NCBI GenBank assembly: GCA_965116375.1
Contig: OZ220681.1
Location: forward strand, 676,224 to 708,223
DNA: 32,000 bases
Direction of reading: 5' to 3'
Source: Dehalococcoidia bacterium
GTDB taxonomy: Bacteria; Chloroflexota; Dehalococcoidia; Lucifugimonadales; Lucifugimonadaceae
The position numbers and the translations under genes are program-made. The first letter of the stretch is position 1; each line of letters starts with the position of its first letter. Positions 31,046 to 32,000 of the stretch are shown piece after piece. The notes beneath the pieces were generated by a model that ran no database searches, was not told the DNA's origin, and worked only from the letters and a program-made list of their open reading frames with translations.

Positions 31046-31122
31046 TGGTGGGCCCGGGATGACTCGAACATCCGACCTCTACTTTATCAGAGTAGCGCTC
31101 TAACCGGCTGAGCTACGGGCCC
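31046..31122 (-). tRNA. tRNA-Ile (anticodon GAU), CCA encoded
   Basis: Reverse complement GGGCCCGTAGCTCAGCCGGTTAGAGCGCTACTCTGATAAAGTAGAGGTCGGATGTTCGAGTCATCCCGGGCCCACCA folds as a perfect cloverleaf: 7-bp acceptor, GCTC/GAGC D stem, CTACT/AGTAG anticodon stem, loop CTGATAA, GGATG/CATCC T stem, TTCGAGT loop. Confidence 0.95.
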
Positions 31123-31194
31123 ATCTGATCGCCGCTGCGCAGGCGCTTAACCCGAGGGCCTGGAACGCTTGAACAACTGCTCCAGGCCATAAGG

Positions 31195-31614
31195 TCAGCA
31201 GTCCTCGCGGCCGACTCCGTCCAATTCTACAACCAGCTCGACCGGCGTGTTGCGCGCCACTACCAGCCGAAGCGATTCCTCGTCGCTGGTATTCAACGGC
31301 TGGTGGGCGGCGCCGGGCGGGATGTAGATCATGTCCCCCGGCCCAATCTCCTCTTCGACGGACAGGTCATCCCCCGTCAACATGATGCCGCGGCCCGAGA
31401 GGACGAAGATCGCTGACTCGCAGTTCGAGTGGTAGTGCGGCGACGAACATCGGCCGGGCGGTATCACCGACTCGGCCAGGTGTATGCCGGTCGCGCCGGT
31501 GAGCGACTCCGACACCCCGGCGACGCGCGTCATCCCACCCGACTGAACCTCGATCTCGCGTTGGTCCTCTCGGACCACCTTGATCTGCTGAGTGGCGGTG
31601 TTTTCGTGTTGCAT
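31195..31614 (-). CDS. Cupin-domain protein
   Basis: Cupin motifs PHYHSNCESAIFVLSGRG and GDMIYIPPGAAHQPLN. Start set at ATG 31614 (MQHENT...), which sits 6 nt after a -10-like TATACT. The track ORF extends to 31707. Confidence 0.75.
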   Translation of the reverse strand: MQHENTATQQIKVVREDQREIEVQSGGMTRVAGVSESLTGATGIHLAESVIPPGRCSSPHYHSNCESAIFVLSGRGIMLTGDDLSVEEEIGPGDMIYIPPGAAHQPLNTSDEESLRLVVARNTPVELVVELDGVGREDC

Positions 31615-31620
31615 GTCGAG

Positions 31621-31648
31621 AGTATAGCCCCGTGACGCAGGTTGATAA
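31621..31648 (-). promoter_or_regulatory. Putative promoter giving a leaderless cupin mRNA
   Basis: On the minus strand: TTATCA, 16 nt, TATACT, 6 nt, ATG. Confidence 0.45.
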
Positions 31649-31726
31649 GCGGCAGACGTAATCAGGAAACGGCCGGAGTCGACTGGCAGCCGCCAGGCAG
31701 CACCCATCAGTCGCCGGAGTCAACAA

Positions 31727-31750
31727 AAAAGCCCCGTTTCCGGGGCTTTT
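31727..31750 (-). terminator. Intrinsic terminator (A-tract/hairpin/T-tract, stronger on the minus strand)
   Basis: aaaagccccg-tttc-cggggctttt. On the minus strand the GC stem is followed by TTTTTTGTTG. It terminates whatever is transcribed from 31751 to the window edge towards lower coordinates. Confidence 0.6.
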
Positions 31751-32000
31751 GCTGGCACTTAGCCGCTGAATAGTGAAAGGAAGAATACGTCGTTGGTTCA
31801 GTTGGTTTGTTGTGTTCTTGTCGCTCTTTCGAGCACAAGGCGACGGACTTTTCTGAAGGGCAACAGTCGGGTCGCTTGAGAGCCCCTTCCACTCCGGTTG
31901 CCCGGAGAGAATCTCGCTCTATCCAGCTATTCGTCTGTTGCCGTCCGCCGATCGACCAGGTAGCACTTAGCAGGTATGCGCCATTCCCGTGTGATCCGCC

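Noticed and set aside
31707-31892. 61-aa minus-strand ORF, initially examined as a possible tmRNA tag or small protein
   Set aside because: It reads through an intrinsic terminator hairpin. There is no tRNA-like 3' domain (no T-arm or CCA) and no tag ending in a hydrophobic A-A stop. It is not a credible protein or tmRNA.
1-32000. Whole-window scan for CRISPR arrays, rRNA genes, reverse transcriptase/retron or DGR features, and other sterol-pathway genes
   Set aside because: There are no regularly spaced direct repeats with unique spacers. Among ORFs with protein-like composition there are no rRNA-like conserved blocks, no RT motifs (YxDD), and no cyclase or epoxidase signatures.

Overview
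High-GC bacterial chromosomal segment. The gene content fits a Chloroflexota- or Actinomycetota-like organism: F420-type flavoenzyme families, NrdR with a class II RNR, leaderless-type promoters and dense short hairpin repeats. The lineage cannot be fixed from sequence alone. About 35 protein genes are supportable, and the many long antisense ORFs in the track are GC-driven shadows.

**1-9250, housekeeping.** pdxS-pdxT, a hypothetical protein, an R3H/AAA ATPase, tmk, a PPOX-family protein, ppk2, an HpcH-type aldolase with a tartronate-semialdehyde-reductase-like dehydrogenase, and a NUDIX hydrolase.

**9358-10405, mobile element.** A complete IS481-family element with 27-bp inverted repeats and a 5-bp target duplication. 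It is inserted exactly into one copy of a short hairpin repeat.

**10.6-19.7 kb.** An alpha/beta hydrolase, two MFS transporters, nrdR-nrdJ, and a YHS protein, c-type cytochrome lipoprotein and DUF1761 trio.

**19.8-23.4 kb (minus strand).** A kinase-like phosphotransferase translationally coupled to a SAM methyltransferase. An intrinsic terminator separates this pair from a gene whose product matches eukaryotic sterol C-24 methyltransferase (Erg6/SMT1) along its whole length. This is the most notable gene call. A DUF1801 gene follows.

**23.4-28.0 kb, accessory-looking.** It holds:
- a ~770-bp non-coding mosaic of at least three hairpin-repeat families, with a C-rich to G-rich switch;
- an orphan 445-aa ORF with an internal 46-aa tandem module and a C-terminal tail encoded by the same repeats;
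- a deazaflavin-dependent nitroreductase-family gene;
- a higBA toxin-antitoxin pair;
- a markedly AT-richer HAD hydrolase gene.

**28.0-32.0 kb.** An ADH-SDR operon, a lipoprotein with a Pro/Thr linker built from 36-bp tandem repeats, a 115-bp hairpin element with terminal inverted repeats, a stand-alone tRNA-Ile(GAU) with its own terminator, a cupin gene, and an unexplained structured non-coding stretch running to the window edge.

No CRISPR array, rRNA, reverse transcriptase or recognisable defence operon was seen.
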